Notes: a model not told the origin generated them from the sequence alone. A DNA stretch of 64,000 nucleotides from a bacterium (GCA_023267535.1 JAHFNC010000003.1:75653-139652), one strand, 5' to 3'; positions 1 to 9,953 are shown, numbered from the stretch's first letter. Made by a program: numbers and translations.

Positions 1-212
1 TGACTATCAGTGCACACTTCCACCTCTTTTGCTTCTTTACCAATTTCTCGCAAACCAAAAAGCGCCCCAGACATTTCCATTCTATTATTTGTCGTTAAAT
101 CTTCTCTACCACCAAGTTCAATCACTTCATCCGGTGTAATAATAATACTCCCCCATCCTCCAGGTCCCGGATTTCCTCTTGATGACCCATCTGTCCAAAT
201 TTCTATTTTCAT
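1..212 (-). CDS. rnhA: Ribonuclease HI (5' part; runs off the window)
   Basis: Manual translation from ATG at 212: MKIEIWTDGSSRGNPGPGGWG...TTNNRMEM...VCTDS, the canonical RNase HI motifs. Absent from the ORF track. Confidence 0.95.
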   Translation of the reverse strand, partial: MKIEIWTDGSSRGNPGPGGWGSIIITPDEVIELGGREDLTTNNRMEMSGALFGLREIGKEAKEVEVCTDS

Positions 213-227
213 AATTAAATTATAACA

Positions 228-1943
228 TTAAGCCACATCAACTATTCTCAATCTCAGCTCCCCCTTTCCTCTAAAATAACTTTTTTCAAAATGAGCGATT
301 AATTTATGTTCCTTTTTTAATTTCTCTTCTAGCTTCTCATCAGTAAAAAATTTAATAGCTTTAACTTGTCCTGAATTAGAATTATAAATAACTTCAATGT
401 GTTCACTTTGTTTTCCGAATCTCCTCACACTAAGTGGCTTTGTTTTTGGAAAAGAAAAAATTGGTTTAGGATTAGCCACTCCAAATGGAGAAAGTGCATT
501 TATCGCTTCATAAGTTGTATGATTAATATCATCAAAAGAAATATCTGAATCAATTTTTGTTTTTTCATTTTCAATTTCTCTCACTTCCATACCTTTAAAC
601 ACTTCATTTAACGCATCACTTAACTTGTCTTTGTTTTTTATATCCAAAGAAAATCCTCCCGCCTGTTCATGTCCACCCCAATGTGTAAAAATGTCATGTC
701 CAACTTTTTGCATTAAAGAAACTACATGAACATCTCCGCGTGACCGACAAGACCCTTTTAAAATTTTTTCATCCTCTCCTCTGCCCCACACAAAAGTTGG
801 CTTACCAGTCTCGTCAATAATCTTCTGAGCAATAAGTCCGAGTATACCTGGTGACCAATCAACATTTCCCACAACCACTACATCATTTTTATAAACATCG
901 TGATCAAATGAAATATCATCCACCACATCTTTGACACTCTGCTTTCGTAAATTATTTAAATCATCAATCTCATTCACATAAAATTGCGACAAGATCGGAT
1001 CTTTTTCATAAAGCATATTATGCGCTTGAATTGGATGACCCATTCTCCCTGCCGCATTTATTCTCGGAGCAATAGTAAAAGAAATATCATCTTCGTTTAT
1101 ATTTGAAATAGATACGCCAGATTTCAAAAAAATATTTTTCAATCCCTGTCTTTTACATTTTTGTAAAACTTTAATCCCAAAGTAAGCGAGCGCTCTATTT
1201 TCTTTTTGAAGTGGCACCATATCAGCCACAGTTGATATCGCCACCAGATCAAGCAACCACTTTTCATAACCGTCTGGTAAACTTTTTACTTTCTCATCAA
1301 TTTCTTTATTTATTTTTTCGTCTCTTAATTTACTTAAGAGCGCACAAACAAGTTTCCATGCAACAGCACAACCACAAAGCATATCATCATGATAATCACA
1401 TTTATCTTGTTTTGAATTTATCACAACGAAAGCTTTTGGAAGTATTTCTTTTCCATCTTCATAAATCGGCAAATGATGATCTGTGACAATGACATTAATA
1501 CCTAAATCTTCTGCATACTTAATTTCTTCAAGATTTGTAATCGCTAAATCAACTGTAATCATCAAACTAACTCCATCTTTTTTTAATTTATCAATCGCTT
1601 CTATATTAAGTCCATATCCTTCGTTGTGTCTGTGTGGAATATACACGCAAATATTTTCATAACCAATAGCATCAAAAAAATCACGAAGCAAAACTCCCCC
1701 TGGCACCCCATCACAATCATAATCACTATAAATTACAATTTTCTCCCCTGCTTTTATCGCTTTAATAATTCTCTTCACAGCTTTCTCCATCCCATAAATC
1801 AAAAATGGATCAGCAACATCTCTCTCATAAGACGGATTTAAAAACTTTTCAATATCTTCATCAGAAAAAAATCCCCTATTATTAAGAAGTTTTTTTGTTA
1901 AATCATTAATCTTCAAATTACTTTCAGTTTTAGTTTCTTTCAA
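228..1943 (-). CDS. recJ: ssDNA-specific exonuclease RecJ
   Basis: DYDCDG, TDHH, VADMVPL, PRINAAGR and GGHEQAGG motifs (DHH/DHHA1). Confidence 0.96.
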   Translation of the reverse strand: MKETKTESNLKINDLTKKLLNNRGFFSDEDIEKFLNPSYERDVADPFLIYGMEKAVKRIIKAIKAGEKIVIYSDYDCDGVPGGVLLRDFFDAIGYENICVYIPHRHNEGYGLNIEAIDKLKKDGVSLMITVDLAITNLEEIKYAEDLGINVIVTDHHLPIYEDGKEILPKAFVVINSKQDKCDYHDDMLCGCAVAWKLVCALLSKLRDEKINKEIDEKVKSLPDGYEKWLLDLVAISTVADMVPLQKENRALAYFGIKVLQKCKRQGLKNIFLKSGVSISNINEDDISFTIAPRINAAGRMGHPIQAHNMLYEKDPILSQFYVNEIDDLNNLRKQSVKDVVDDISFDHDVYKNDVVVVGNVDWSPGILGLIAQKIIDETGKPTFVWGRGEDEKILKGSCRSRGDVHVVSLMQKVGHDIFTHWGGHEQAGGFSLDIKNKDKLSDALNEVFKGMEVREIENEKTKIDSDISFDDINHTTYEAINALSPFGVANPKPIFSFPKTKPLSVRRFGKQSEHIEVIYNSNSGQVKAIKFFTDEKLEEKLKKEHKLIAHFEKSYFRGKGELRLRIVDVA

Positions 1944-2034
1944 TTGAATTAAAGTATACCTCGAAACCTAAAAGTTGACTTAACTAAAAAATCGTGTTAG
2001 AAAGAAACAAGCTCACAATCAAAAAGGTAATCCT

Positions 2035-2229
2035 ATGGAATCACAAATTCCAGACGACCTGACCGAAGTACAAAAGACGGCTCTAAAAAAATATATCAAA
2101 TGGAAAAAATCTAGCCCCTACAGTGGACTAGATATAAAATATGCAATTGAAATTTTCCAAGGAGCCAACAAAGGGCTAAAAGATTACGCGGAAGCCGCGG
2201 AACACATCATGTCTGCCCTTAACCCTTAA
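2035..2229 (+). CDS. Small hypothetical protein (64 aa)
   Basis: ATG preceded by AAAGGT and an upstream TTGACT; helical-looking composition; overlaps the convergent ORF by 11 nt. Confidence 0.55.
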   Translation: MESQIPDDLTEVQKTALKKYIKWKKSSPYSGLDIKYAIEIFQGANKGLKDYAEAAEHIMSALNP

Positions 2230-3148
2230 CCCCAACATCGGTTTTGATAGTTGGGGTTTTCTTATAGGCATCAATAAAGTCAACAATTGCCTGATAAGAA
2301 TCTTTTAATGCTTTTCTTTTTTGATTTGTTTTTAAATCTCCTTTAGTCACCACCAACTCTGAAATATTTTTTAACACATTTTGTCTAATTGATTCAAGAA
2401 ACTTAGAAAAATATTCCCGATATACTTCATCAAACTTTTTATCATTAGTAACAACAAACTGTTCTCCCCTCTTTACTACATATTTAGAAAAATCTTGAGA
2501 AACTCCAAGTAATAATTCTCTGTCTTCAAGGACAACAACTTTAGGCGCATCAATTCCCAAAACTCCGTATTCGTTTTGATAACATAAAACATTCGCCATT
2601 TCGCCAGTATCTAAATTAAATTTTCTAAGAATATCTTCTTTCATACCTTCTTTATCTTTATTGGTCGTCACATCAACGCATAGAGCTACATGTGGATGAA
2701 CATTTGGAAAGTTTTCATTTCCTTTAACAAAATTATTTGTCATCTCAACCACCAAATCAACAAAACTATTTCCTTCGTCGTCCATCTTTGCTGTCTTTGT
2801 AACTTTTACATCAAAATATTCTCCAAGTCTCCCCTCTTTATTTGCAAGAAGAGGTAACATCTCAGAAAACCTAGCAAGAGAGCTGTGTTCCTTATTATCT
2901 ACAAAATCTTTTTCTATTTGACCTTTGTGTCTTGTGGTTGGTAATCCAGCAAATAAAACATTCAAATCTTTTCCTTTGTTTTTATATTCTTGAGATATAA
3001 GAAAAGGATTAACTTTTCCCGTCTTTATACTTTCATCAGCATCTAAAAATTCCACATTATCATCAAGCGAAGACCAGACCTCGGATCTGACCTGTTCCAT
3101 CTCATCAGGTGTCCACTGTTTCAACTCTGGATGATTTTTGTGTTCCAT
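2219..3148 (-). CDS. Hypothetical protein, possibly PD-(D/E)xK-like fold
   Basis: 309-aa ORF with acidic motif spacing (MDD..FVDLVV...VDVTT); the fold is an inference. Confidence 0.75.
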   Translation of the reverse strand: MEHKNHPELKQWTPDEMEQVRSEVWSSLDDNVEFLDADESIKTGKVNPFLISQEYKNKGKDLNVLFAGLPTTRHKGQIEKDFVDNKEHSSLARFSEMLPLLANKEGRLGEYFDVKVTKTAKMDDEGNSFVDLVVEMTNNFVKGNENFPNVHPHVALCVDVTTNKDKEGMKEDILRKFNLDTGEMANVLCYQNEYGVLGIDAPKVVVLEDRELLLGVSQDFSKYVVKRGEQFVVTNDKKFDEVYREYFSKFLESIRQNVLKNISELVVTKGDLKTNQKRKALKDSYQAIVDFIDAYKKTPTIKTDVGVKG

Positions 3149-3165
3149 AAAATTATTTTAACATA

Positions 3166-3549
3166 TTAATCTTTCACTATGTCTTCAAAAATTTTAACTT
3201 TCCCTCCCCTTTTCTCTAAATCTATATAAACGCAAACAAGGTCAATAATTGATTTTTGGTTGTTATTTTTTATTAGATTATGAAATTCAGCTGTCTTTAC
3301 AAACTTTCTCCATTTACTATGAGTCAAATTATCTTCTGGGCTGAAACTGTTTAGGTTCAAATTACTCAAATCTCTGACTTTTATACTTTTAACTTCTACA
3401 AAATGAACAATTCTGTCTTTTTCAGCGATTATGTCTATTTCTCCAAATTTAGTTCTAAAATTTGTATCTAGAATTAAAAATCCGTGTTTCATAAGAAACT
3501 CTCTCGCTATTTTCTCACCTATTTTACCAATTTCATTATGTTCTGACAT
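3166..3549 (-). CDS. yraN: YraN/UPF0102 family putative endonuclease
   Basis: GKIGEKIAREFL...NFRTKFGEIDIIA...FVEVK. Confidence 0.92.
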   Translation of the reverse strand: MSEHNEIGKIGEKIAREFLMKHGFLILDTNFRTKFGEIDIIAEKDRIVHFVEVKSIKVRDLSNLNLNSFSPEDNLTHSKWRKFVKTAEFHNLIKNNNQKSIIDLVCVYIDLEKRGGKVKIFEDIVKD

Positions 3550-3697
3550 ATTTTGTTTCTTTCACATGAAACGTTTTGTCTATTACTATTTTTAGATAAA
3601 ACGACAATGACTTTTTAAAAAAGTCTTATAACATAAGCATATTATGTAATAAAGTTCACATAATTCATAATATGCCCTATAGGTACTTTACTGTCTT

Positions 3698-3727
3698 TTA
3701 TACACAGATACCACAGGTTTATCCACA
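3698..3727 (+). promoter_or_regulatory. Tandem DnaA-box cluster
   Basis: TTATACACA (3698), degenerate GATACCACA (3707) and TTATCCACA (3719). Confidence 0.5.
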
Positions 3728-3806
3728 GTTTATGAATGTCTTATTTAATAGCAATGGGTTTTTAATTTAAGAGAATTATGATAATATTTACTTGTAAATA
3801 AACGAT

Positions 3807-3880
3807 GCGGGTATGGTTTAGTGGTAGAATGCGTCCTTGCCAAGGACGAGACAGGAGTTCGATTCTCCTTACCCGCACCA
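3807..3880 (+). tRNA. tRNA-Gly(GCC), CCA encoded
   Basis: Acceptor stem GCGGGTA/TACCCGC, anticodon arm CGTCC-TTGCCAA-GGACG, GTTCGATTC T-loop, ACCA end. Confidence 0.97.
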
Positions 3881-3918
3881 AATTAGTGCTTATTTTATAA
3901 AGGTTTTTTGAAAAATTG

Positions 3919-3990
3919 TGCTTCCGCTAGGATTCGAACCCAGAATAACGGTTCCGAAGACCGTTGTGATATCCATTTCACCACGGAAGC
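3919..3990 (-). tRNA. tRNA-Arg(TCG), CCA not encoded
   Basis: Reverse complement GCTTCCG...ACGGT-CTTCGGA-ACCGT...GTTCGAATCC...CGGAAGC-A followed by CAA. Confidence 0.95.
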
Positions 3991-4019
3991 TCTATATTAA
4001 AGAAAATATAACATATATT

Positions 4020-5516
4020 ATGGAACTTATAAAAGAACAAATTCCTAAAGAAGTCATTATGGTTGTTGCTGTTCTTCAAAATGCTCAGTTTGAGGCGTTT
4101 TTGGTAGGAGGTTGTGTTAGGGATTTAATATTAGGTATTAAACCAAAGGATTACGACGTAACAACAAATGCAACTCCAGAACAAATAATATCCTTGTTTC
4201 CAAAGACTTTTTACGAAAATGATTATGGGACAGTAGGGGTTGTTACTTGCGGAGAAGAGCTAGGAATAGAATGTGTTGATGAAACTACAAAAATAATAGA
4301 AGTAACTCCTTATCGAATAGAGTCAACATACTCAGACAATAGACATCCGGACGAAATTAAATGGGGAAATAAAGTGGAAGATGATTTAATGCGCAGAGAT
4401 TTCACCGTTAACGCAATTGCTTATAATCCAATCACTCAAGAAGTAATTGACCCTCATAAAGGTCAAAATGATATAAGGGACAAAGTTATAAGATCAGTAG
4501 GGGATCCAGACAGAAGATTTAACGAAGATGCTCTGAGATTAATGAGAGCTATTCGCTTTATTTGCCAGCTAGATTTTGATTTAGATCCCGTTACACATGA
4601 AAGTGTAGAGAAAAACGCCCATTTATTAAAGAATATTTCACATGAAAGATTAAGAGATGAATTTATAAAAATATTATTAACTGATTTTCCAATGAGAGGA
4701 CTAATAATTTCACATGAAATAGGAATATTGCAGTATTTTTTACCAGAATTGGAAAAGGGGATTGGGGTTATGCAAAACCAAGCTCATAAATTTAGCGTTT
4801 GGGAGCATAATTTAAAGACAATGCAGCATGCGGTTGATAAAAAATGGTCTTTAGACTTAAGACTTTCAGGACTTTTACACGATATTTCTAAGCCAGAGAC
4901 TAGAAGATTCTCAAAAGAGAAGAATGATTACACCTTTTATGGACATGATGTCGTTGGAGCTCGTGTTACACATGAAATTATGAATAGGTTAAAGTTTCCA
5001 AAAGACATTTCGGAAAAGGTAGTGACTTTGGTTAGATGGCATATGTTTTTTAGCGATACCGAGAAAATAACCATCTCAGCTGTGAGACGTCTAATATCTA
5101 ATGTTGGTAAAGAAAATATTTGGGATTTAATAAATCTGCGTATATGTGACAGAGTAGGCACTGGAAGGCCAAAAGAGGAGCCTTACAGGTTTAGAATGTA
5201 TCAGTCTATGGTTGAACAGGCCTTGCAAGATCCAATCTCTCTTAAGATGCTTAAAACTAACGGGGAGAAAATTATGAGTGTTACACAAGAAACACCTGGA
5301 CCAAAGATTGGTTTTATCTTGCACGCCTTGTTTGAAGAAGTTTTAGAAGATCCGACAAGGAATACTGAAGAATACTTAGATCAGAGAACACTGGAATTAA
5401 TAAAACTTGATTTGCTTGAGTTAAAGAAACTGGCAGAGAAGGGGAGAATTGAAATGGAAAGCAAAAATGAAGAGCAAGTTAAAAATATAAGAAAGCAATT
5501 TGGTGTAAAATATTAA
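4020..5516 (+). CDS. cca: CCA tRNA nucleotidyltransferase with HD domain
   Basis: LVGGCVRDL, DYDVTT, RRDFTVNA, EDALRLMRA, LLHDISK. Start moved to ATG 4020 because the longer ORF overlaps tRNA-Arg. Confidence 0.93.
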   Translation: MELIKEQIPKEVIMVVAVLQNAQFEAFLVGGCVRDLILGIKPKDYDVTTNATPEQIISLFPKTFYENDYGTVGVVTCGEELGIECVDETTKIIEVTPYRIESTYSDNRHPDEIKWGNKVEDDLMRRDFTVNAIAYNPITQEVIDPHKGQNDIRDKVIRSVGDPDRRFNEDALRLMRAIRFICQLDFDLDPVTHESVEKNAHLLKNISHERLRDEFIKILLTDFPMRGLIISHEIGILQYFLPELEKGIGVMQNQAHKFSVWEHNLKTMQHAVDKKWSLDLRLSGLLHDISKPETRRFSKEKNDYTFYGHDVVGARVTHEIMNRLKFPKDISEKVVTLVRWHMFFSDTEKITISAVRRLISNVGKENIWDLINLRICDRVGTGRPKEEPYRFRMYQSMVEQALQDPISLKMLKTNGEKIMSVTQETPGPKIGFILHALFEEVLEDPTRNTEEYLDQRTLELIKLDLLELKKLAEKGRIEMESKNEEQVKNIRKQFGVKY

Positions 5517-5570
5517 TTTTATTTTATCTACACAGATTAAAAATATGTGCTAAAATAATCAAATTAATTT

Positions 5571-5646
5571 CGGAATGTGGTGTAACGGCTAACATCCCTG
5601 GTTTGGGACCAGGTGACTCCGGGTTCGAATCCCGGCATTCCGACCA
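5571..5646 (+). tRNA. tRNA-Pro(TGG), CCA encoded
   Basis: Acceptor stem CGGAATG/CATTCCG, anticodon arm CCTGG-TTTGGGA-CCAGG, GTTCGAATCC, ACCA end. Confidence 0.97.
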
Positions 5647-5860
5647 ATACAAAAAAGAACAGGCTAACCCTGTTCTTTTTTGTATTGGTCGGAATGCAAC
5701 AAGTGAACAGCTTCACTTGTGTCGGGATTCGAAAGTCGCAGTCATGTATTTGAAAAGTTGTTTCCCAGACTTTTCAAATACGGACGAGACGGGGTCGCAA
5801 GTACTTGCGACGGAAACATACGAAGTATGTTGAGGAAGTTAGTAACTTGTGACCGAATCC
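5635..5860. repeat. tRNA-Pro-associated palindromic element
   Basis: Perfect 29-bp inverted repeat (5635-5663/5669-5697) including the tRNA 3' end, several further hairpins, and a terminal TGACCGAATCC. Confidence 0.75.
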
Positions 5861-5928
5861 ATTATAAATAAAGGGCGCACACATACCCTAGAAATTATTT
5901 ATGAAATATAGTAGTATGTTATCTACAA

Positions 5929-5999
5929 GCGGTGTTGGTTTAGTGGTAGAATGCCTGCCTTCCAAGCAGGAGACAAGAGTTCGATTCTCTTACGCCGCA
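5929..5999 (+). tRNA. tRNA-Gly(TCC), CCA not encoded
   Basis: Acceptor stem GCGGTGT/ACGCCGC, anticodon arm CCTGC-CTTCCAA-GCAGG, GTTCGATTC; followed by CAA. Confidence 0.96.
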
Positions 6000-6209
6000 C
6001 AAATTTAAACGAAGTGCAAAATTTTGCAAGTAAAGCAATGATGTCTAAACATCATTGTGTGAGAATAGAACGAAAAGCCGGTACACAAGATGAGCGGAAC
6101 GAATGCTTGTCGGATTTTCCTTAGGTCAAAACTTTGAGTGTTTTATAAATCCGCCCGTGGTGGATGAAATAAAATACCAAAGTAATGACCGATTCTCTTA
6201 CGCCGCACA
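5982..6209. repeat. 208-bp element flanked by a 20-bp direct repeat of the tRNA-Gly 3' end
   Basis: CGATTCTCTTACGCCGCACA at 5982-6001 and 6190-6209. Confidence 0.85.
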
Positions 6210-6228
6210 GAAATGTTACAATGTTGGT

Positions 6229-6591
6229 ATGGAAGAATTTAAACAAAAACAATCAATAGAGGAAGCGGAGAAAAAAGATTTAGTTAGTTTAGAGGAACAT
6301 TATAAAACATTAACAGTAAAAGAACTAGAGTCGGAAAAAGCAGTCTTGTTAGATAAAATAAAAACACTTACAAACCATATAGATGGTGGCATAGATGCGG
6401 GATTCCCAAGATGGAAAGCTGAAATGGGACTTGCCCTTGCTAAGAAAAATTTAGAAACATTGGATATGGTAATGTCGGGAGAAACACAAGAAGATAAAGA
6501 TAGGGAAGCTTTTGATAGAGCAACGGCAGGGGACGCTAAGATGGTTGAGAAAGTGTCAAAGTACGGAGACTTGAATCAAAATCTGCACTAG
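6229..6591 (+). CDS. Hypothetical acidic coiled-coil protein
   Basis: Start reassigned to ATG 6229, 6 nt after TGTTACAAT; the upstream extension lies inside the repeat element. Confidence 0.75.
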   Translation: MEEFKQKQSIEEAEKKDLVSLEEHYKTLTVKELESEKAVLLDKIKTLTNHIDGGIDAGFPRWKAEMGLALAKKNLETLDMVMSGETQEDKDREAFDRATAGDAKMVEKVSKYGDLNQNLH

Positions 6592-6604
6592 AAAATATGA
6601 AAAC

Positions 6605-6632
6605 AAAAAACCGCATATCTGTGCGGTTTTTT
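6605..6632. terminator. Bidirectional intrinsic terminator
   Basis: AAAAAACCGCATA-TC-TGTGCGGTTTTTT between convergent genes. Confidence 0.8.
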
Positions 6633-6649
6633 GTTAAAGGAATTTAATA

Positions 6650-6922
6650 TTACTTTACAGCTTCTTTCAAAGCCTTTGCTGCTGAGAACTTTGGAACCTT
6701 TGTTGCAGGAACCTTTACTGTCTCACCAGTCTTTGGGTTACGAGCATCGCGAGCCTTTCGGTGCTTTACTACGAACTTTCCTAGACCTGCGATTGAGACT
6801 TCGTCTCCTTTCTCTAATGTTTTAACAATTGTATCAAAAACAGTATCTACTACTGCTTCTGCTTGAACTTTTGTTGTACCCAATTGTGCATTTACTGCAT
6901 CAACAAGACCTGCTTTATTCAT
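6650..6922 (-). CDS. hup: Histone-like DNA-binding protein HU
   Basis: MNKAGLVDAV...GLGKF...ARNPKTGE...PKFSAAKALKEAV. Confidence 0.97.
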   Translation of the reverse strand: MNKAGLVDAVNAQLGTTKVQAEAVVDTVFDTIVKTLEKGDEVSIAGLGKFVVKHRKARDARNPKTGETVKVPATKVPKFSAAKALKEAVK

Positions 6923-7114
6923 ATGATTTATTATTTGTGGTATTCAGGTTTCCTAGGACCAAAACACCAATGAAAGATAATTTATAATTTCATCGCAGAA
7001 ACGATTCAAGCGATGGATATAAACAGTATATAAATTCGGCGATTTTTAGCAAGTCACAAGACAATAGTATTTTTTTATGTCAAATTGTATATTTTTACAT
7101 AAAAAATTTAGTGG

Positions 7115-7357
7115 CTACTTTTTACTATATAAAATAACTATATATGTTCCCAAAAAAGAACCAATTACAAGAGGAATTAAGTATAAATAATTCTTTGTAT
7201 ACGAAATTACTGTGAACGCTGTAAGAATATGAATGAGTGCACCAAATGTTGCTGATTGAAATGCTTTTTTCTCTGTTACACGCAATGTATACAATGCATA
7301 TAATCCATCAATACATAATGTTGCAATAAAAACCGAAATAAAAATAAGGGGTGACAT
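7115..7357 (-). CDS. Small membrane protein (about 3 TM helices)
   Basis: 80-aa hydrophobic ORF ending GSFLGTY. Confidence 0.75.
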   Translation of the reverse strand: MSPLIFISVFIATLCIDGLYALYTLRVTEKKAFQSATFGALIHILTAFTVISYTKNYLYLIPLVIGSFLGTYIVILYSKK

Positions 7358-7418
7358 ATAAAAATATTATACATTACCACCGCCACTCGTTAGCAAAAAA
7401 ATGTTTTCATAACGATTA

Positions 7419-7544
7419 TCGTTAGTTTAAAATTGTTTTAGAGGCGCGAAGCAAAAGTTGTTGTGCGACAGAGCAATACAATAGTATTGTGACGAGCCAA
7501 TAACTTGAAGCGACAAAGCCTATAAAGCAATTTTAAACTAACGA
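7419..7544 (+). repeat. Stop-codon-anchored long hairpin, copy A
   Basis: 22-nt arms matching 21/22; internal GCGAAGC, GACGA and GCGACAAAG motifs shared with the copies at 12338 and 25888. Confidence 0.75.
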
Positions 7545-9046
7545 GCGAATTCAATGGTACGAGATTCCCGTATAACATTAATCTTTATCTCTCCTGGATA
7601 ATGCAATTCCTGTTCTATTCTGATTGCAATATTTCTTGCTAGATCACGAGCTTCTAAATCAGAAACTAGTGATGGGGTAACAAACACTCTGACTTCTCTT
7701 CCGGCTTGTAGTGCGTAAACTTTTTCAATACCAGAAAATCCAAGAGCTATTGCTTCTAAATCTTCAAGCCTTTTAATATATCTCTCCACCGTATCTCTTC
7801 TCGCACCAGGGCGTCCTCCGCTTATAGCATCTGCTATTTGAACAATAACTGATTCAATACTTTCATATGGATATTCTTCATGATGTGATTGCATGGCTTT
7901 TATTATTCTTTCATCAATACCATACTTCATTAAAATCTTTCTACCAATCTCAACATGAGTCCCTTGTATCTCGTGATCTACTGCTTTGCCAATATCATGA
8001 AGAAGGGCAGCTGTTTTTGCAATTTGAACATCAACACCCAATTCATAAGCAAGCATGCCAGCAATATGTGTCATCTCTACTGAATGTTCCAAAACATTTT
8101 GCCCATAACTTGTTCTAAAATAAAGTCTTCCAATTAAAGGCATAATTGTTTCTGGAATTGAAAGAAGTCCACATTCTAAAACAGCTTCTTCTCCTTTCTT
8201 TTTCATAAAGGTGCCAATCTCTTTCTTTGCTTTCTCTAGCGATTCCTCAATCTTTATTGGTTGAATACGTCCATCTTTTATTAAAGCCTCAAGAGCATTA
8301 GTGGCGATAGCGCGACGAACAGGATCAAAACAAGAAACGACAATTGTGTTTGGCGCTTCATCAACCAAAACTTCAACTCCAGAAATTTTTTCAAAAGCTT
8401 TTATATTTCTTCCTTCTTTGCCAATTATCTTTCCTTTGATTTCTTCGTTTTCGATTTCAATAGTGCTAGTGGTAAAAGAAGTGATGTCGCCGTTAGCGAT
8501 ACGATAAATAGAATTAACTAAAATGTCTTTAGCTTTTTCTTCTAGGCGCTTTTCGCCGTCACGAGAAAGTTTAAGAGAAAGAGAATTCAAATCTTCTTCC
8601 TGCTCGCGTGAAATTTTGCGAAGCAAAATTTCACGCGCTTCTTCTTTATCAAGTATTGCTACTTTTTCTAACTCTTTTTCTATGCTTTTTTCTTTTTCTT
8701 CAATCTTATCTTTTACTGTCTGTAAATCTTTTACTTTAGTTCGAAGTATTTCTGTTTCTTTATTAAGAGAATCTTCTTTTTTCAGAATATCTCCTTCTCG
8801 ACGATCTAGTCTTTCCTCTTGCTTAGCTACTCGTTCTTCAGCTTTCTCCATTTCTGTTCTAATTTCTTTAGCGCGAGACAGTGCCTCATCCTCAATCGCC
8901 AAAGCTTTTCTTTTAGCTTCAACAATTTTCTCTTCCATCTCTTGCTCTATAGTTCCACGACGATATCTAGCGACAAAATGACGAATGACATATCCTAAGG
9001 CAACACCAACAACCCCAATAACAATATCTAATAATAAATAATTCAT
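7538..9046 (-). CDS. rny: Ribonuclease Y
   Basis: N-terminal TM, coiled coil, KH (KGKIIGKEGRNI), HD (LLHDIGK), QAGREVRV. Confidence 0.97.
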   Translation of the reverse strand: MNYLLLDIVIGVVGVALGYVIRHFVARYRRGTIEQEMEEKIVEAKRKALAIEDEALSRAKEIRTEMEKAEERVAKQEERLDRREGDILKKEDSLNKETEILRTKVKDLQTVKDKIEEKEKSIEKELEKVAILDKEEAREILLRKISREQEEDLNSLSLKLSRDGEKRLEEKAKDILVNSIYRIANGDITSFTTSTIEIENEEIKGKIIGKEGRNIKAFEKISGVEVLVDEAPNTIVVSCFDPVRRAIATNALEALIKDGRIQPIKIEESLEKAKKEIGTFMKKKGEEAVLECGLLSIPETIMPLIGRLYFRTSYGQNVLEHSVEMTHIAGMLAYELGVDVQIAKTAALLHDIGKAVDHEIQGTHVEIGRKILMKYGIDERIIKAMQSHHEEYPYESIESVIVQIADAISGGRPGARRDTVERYIKRLEDLEAIALGFSGIEKVYALQAGREVRVFVTPSLVSDLEARDLARNIAIRIEQELHYPGEIKINVIRESRTIEFAR

Positions 9047-9092
9047 AATTTATTTGTAACAAAATTTAATTTTCTGTGTTAAACAGAAAAAA

Positions 9093-9680
9093 TTATTTGT
9101 TACTCTTTGGTTTTAAAATTTGATCGACAATTCCGTATTTCTTGGCTTCATCAGCACTCATCCAATAATCTCTATCTCCATCTTTTTCAAGTTGAGTTTT
9201 TGTTTTACCAGTTGCTTCAGCTAACATTCCATAAAGCACATCTTTTAGTTTAAGAATATGTTTAGAAGTAATTTCAATATCAGAAGCTTGTCCCTCAACA
9301 CCAGTTAGGGGTTGGTGAATCATGACTTCACTGTGTGGAAGAACAAATCTTTTACCTTTTTTACCTTGTGAAAGAATGATAGCCCCCATAGACGCTGCCA
9401 TACCGACACAAACAGTAGCCACATCTGGCTTAATGTGATGCATGGCATCAACAATAGCTAATCCTGATTGAATTTGTCCGCCAGGGGAGTTTATATAAAG
9501 AGTAATGTCTTTCTTGGAATCTTCTGACTCAAGAAAAAGAAGTTGAGCAATGACAATATTAGCCACATTGTCATCAATAGGACCGGCTAAAAAGATGATT
9601 CTTTCACGAAGAAGTCGTGAATAAATATCATAAGCTCTTTCGCCAAATTGGCTTTTTTCAATAACGGTAGGAATAAGCAT
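9093..9680 (-). CDS. clpP: ATP-dependent Clp protease proteolytic subunit
   Basis: [24 protein letters not shown]. Confidence 0.98.
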   Translation of the reverse strand: MLIPTVIEKSQFGERAYDIYSRLLRERIIFLAGPIDDNVANIVIAQLLFLESEDSKKDITLYINSPGGQIQSGLAIVDAMHHIKPDVATVCVGMAASMGAIILSQGKKGKRFVLPHSEVMIHQPLTGVEGQASDIEITSKHILKLKDVLYGMLAEATGKTKTQLEKDGDRDYWMSADEAKKYGIVDQILKPKSNK

Positions 9681-9865
9681 ATATAAAAAGTTATTAGTTA
9701 TTTAGAACGAAAGGTTTAATTTCAAAGAGTTTAAAAACTCAAACTATTCCAGACATTCAGGTTTATAATTCAAAAACAAATAAAATCAGTAGACTCGGCA
9801 ATATTTTCGTCTCTTTAAGCTCGGTAATAACTGCAATATACCATTATTTTTTAAGAATGGCAGTA

Positions 9866-9953
9866 TTGACATTTTGTCATTTTTATGCTATATTGTCACT
9901 AGCTGGTTTGAAATTACAAACCAAACACTCTTTTACAAATTTGGAGGTTTAAA
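9866..9953 (+). promoter_or_regulatory. Sigma70 promoter and leader with boxA-like motif and SD
   Basis: TTGACA-17-TATATT with extended TG; ACTCTTTTACAA at 9927; GGAGG at 9943. Confidence 0.75.

Noticed and set aside
10..225. 71-aa plus-strand ORF and the many short ORFs nested antisense in long genes
   Set aside because: These are shadows of real genes (here rnhA on the minus strand).
3918..4019. N-terminal extension of the cca ORF
   Set aside because: It is the antisense of tRNA-Arg; ATG 4020 fits the family start.
5603..5833. 76-aa ORF
   Set aside because: Overlaps tRNA-Pro and the palindromic element.
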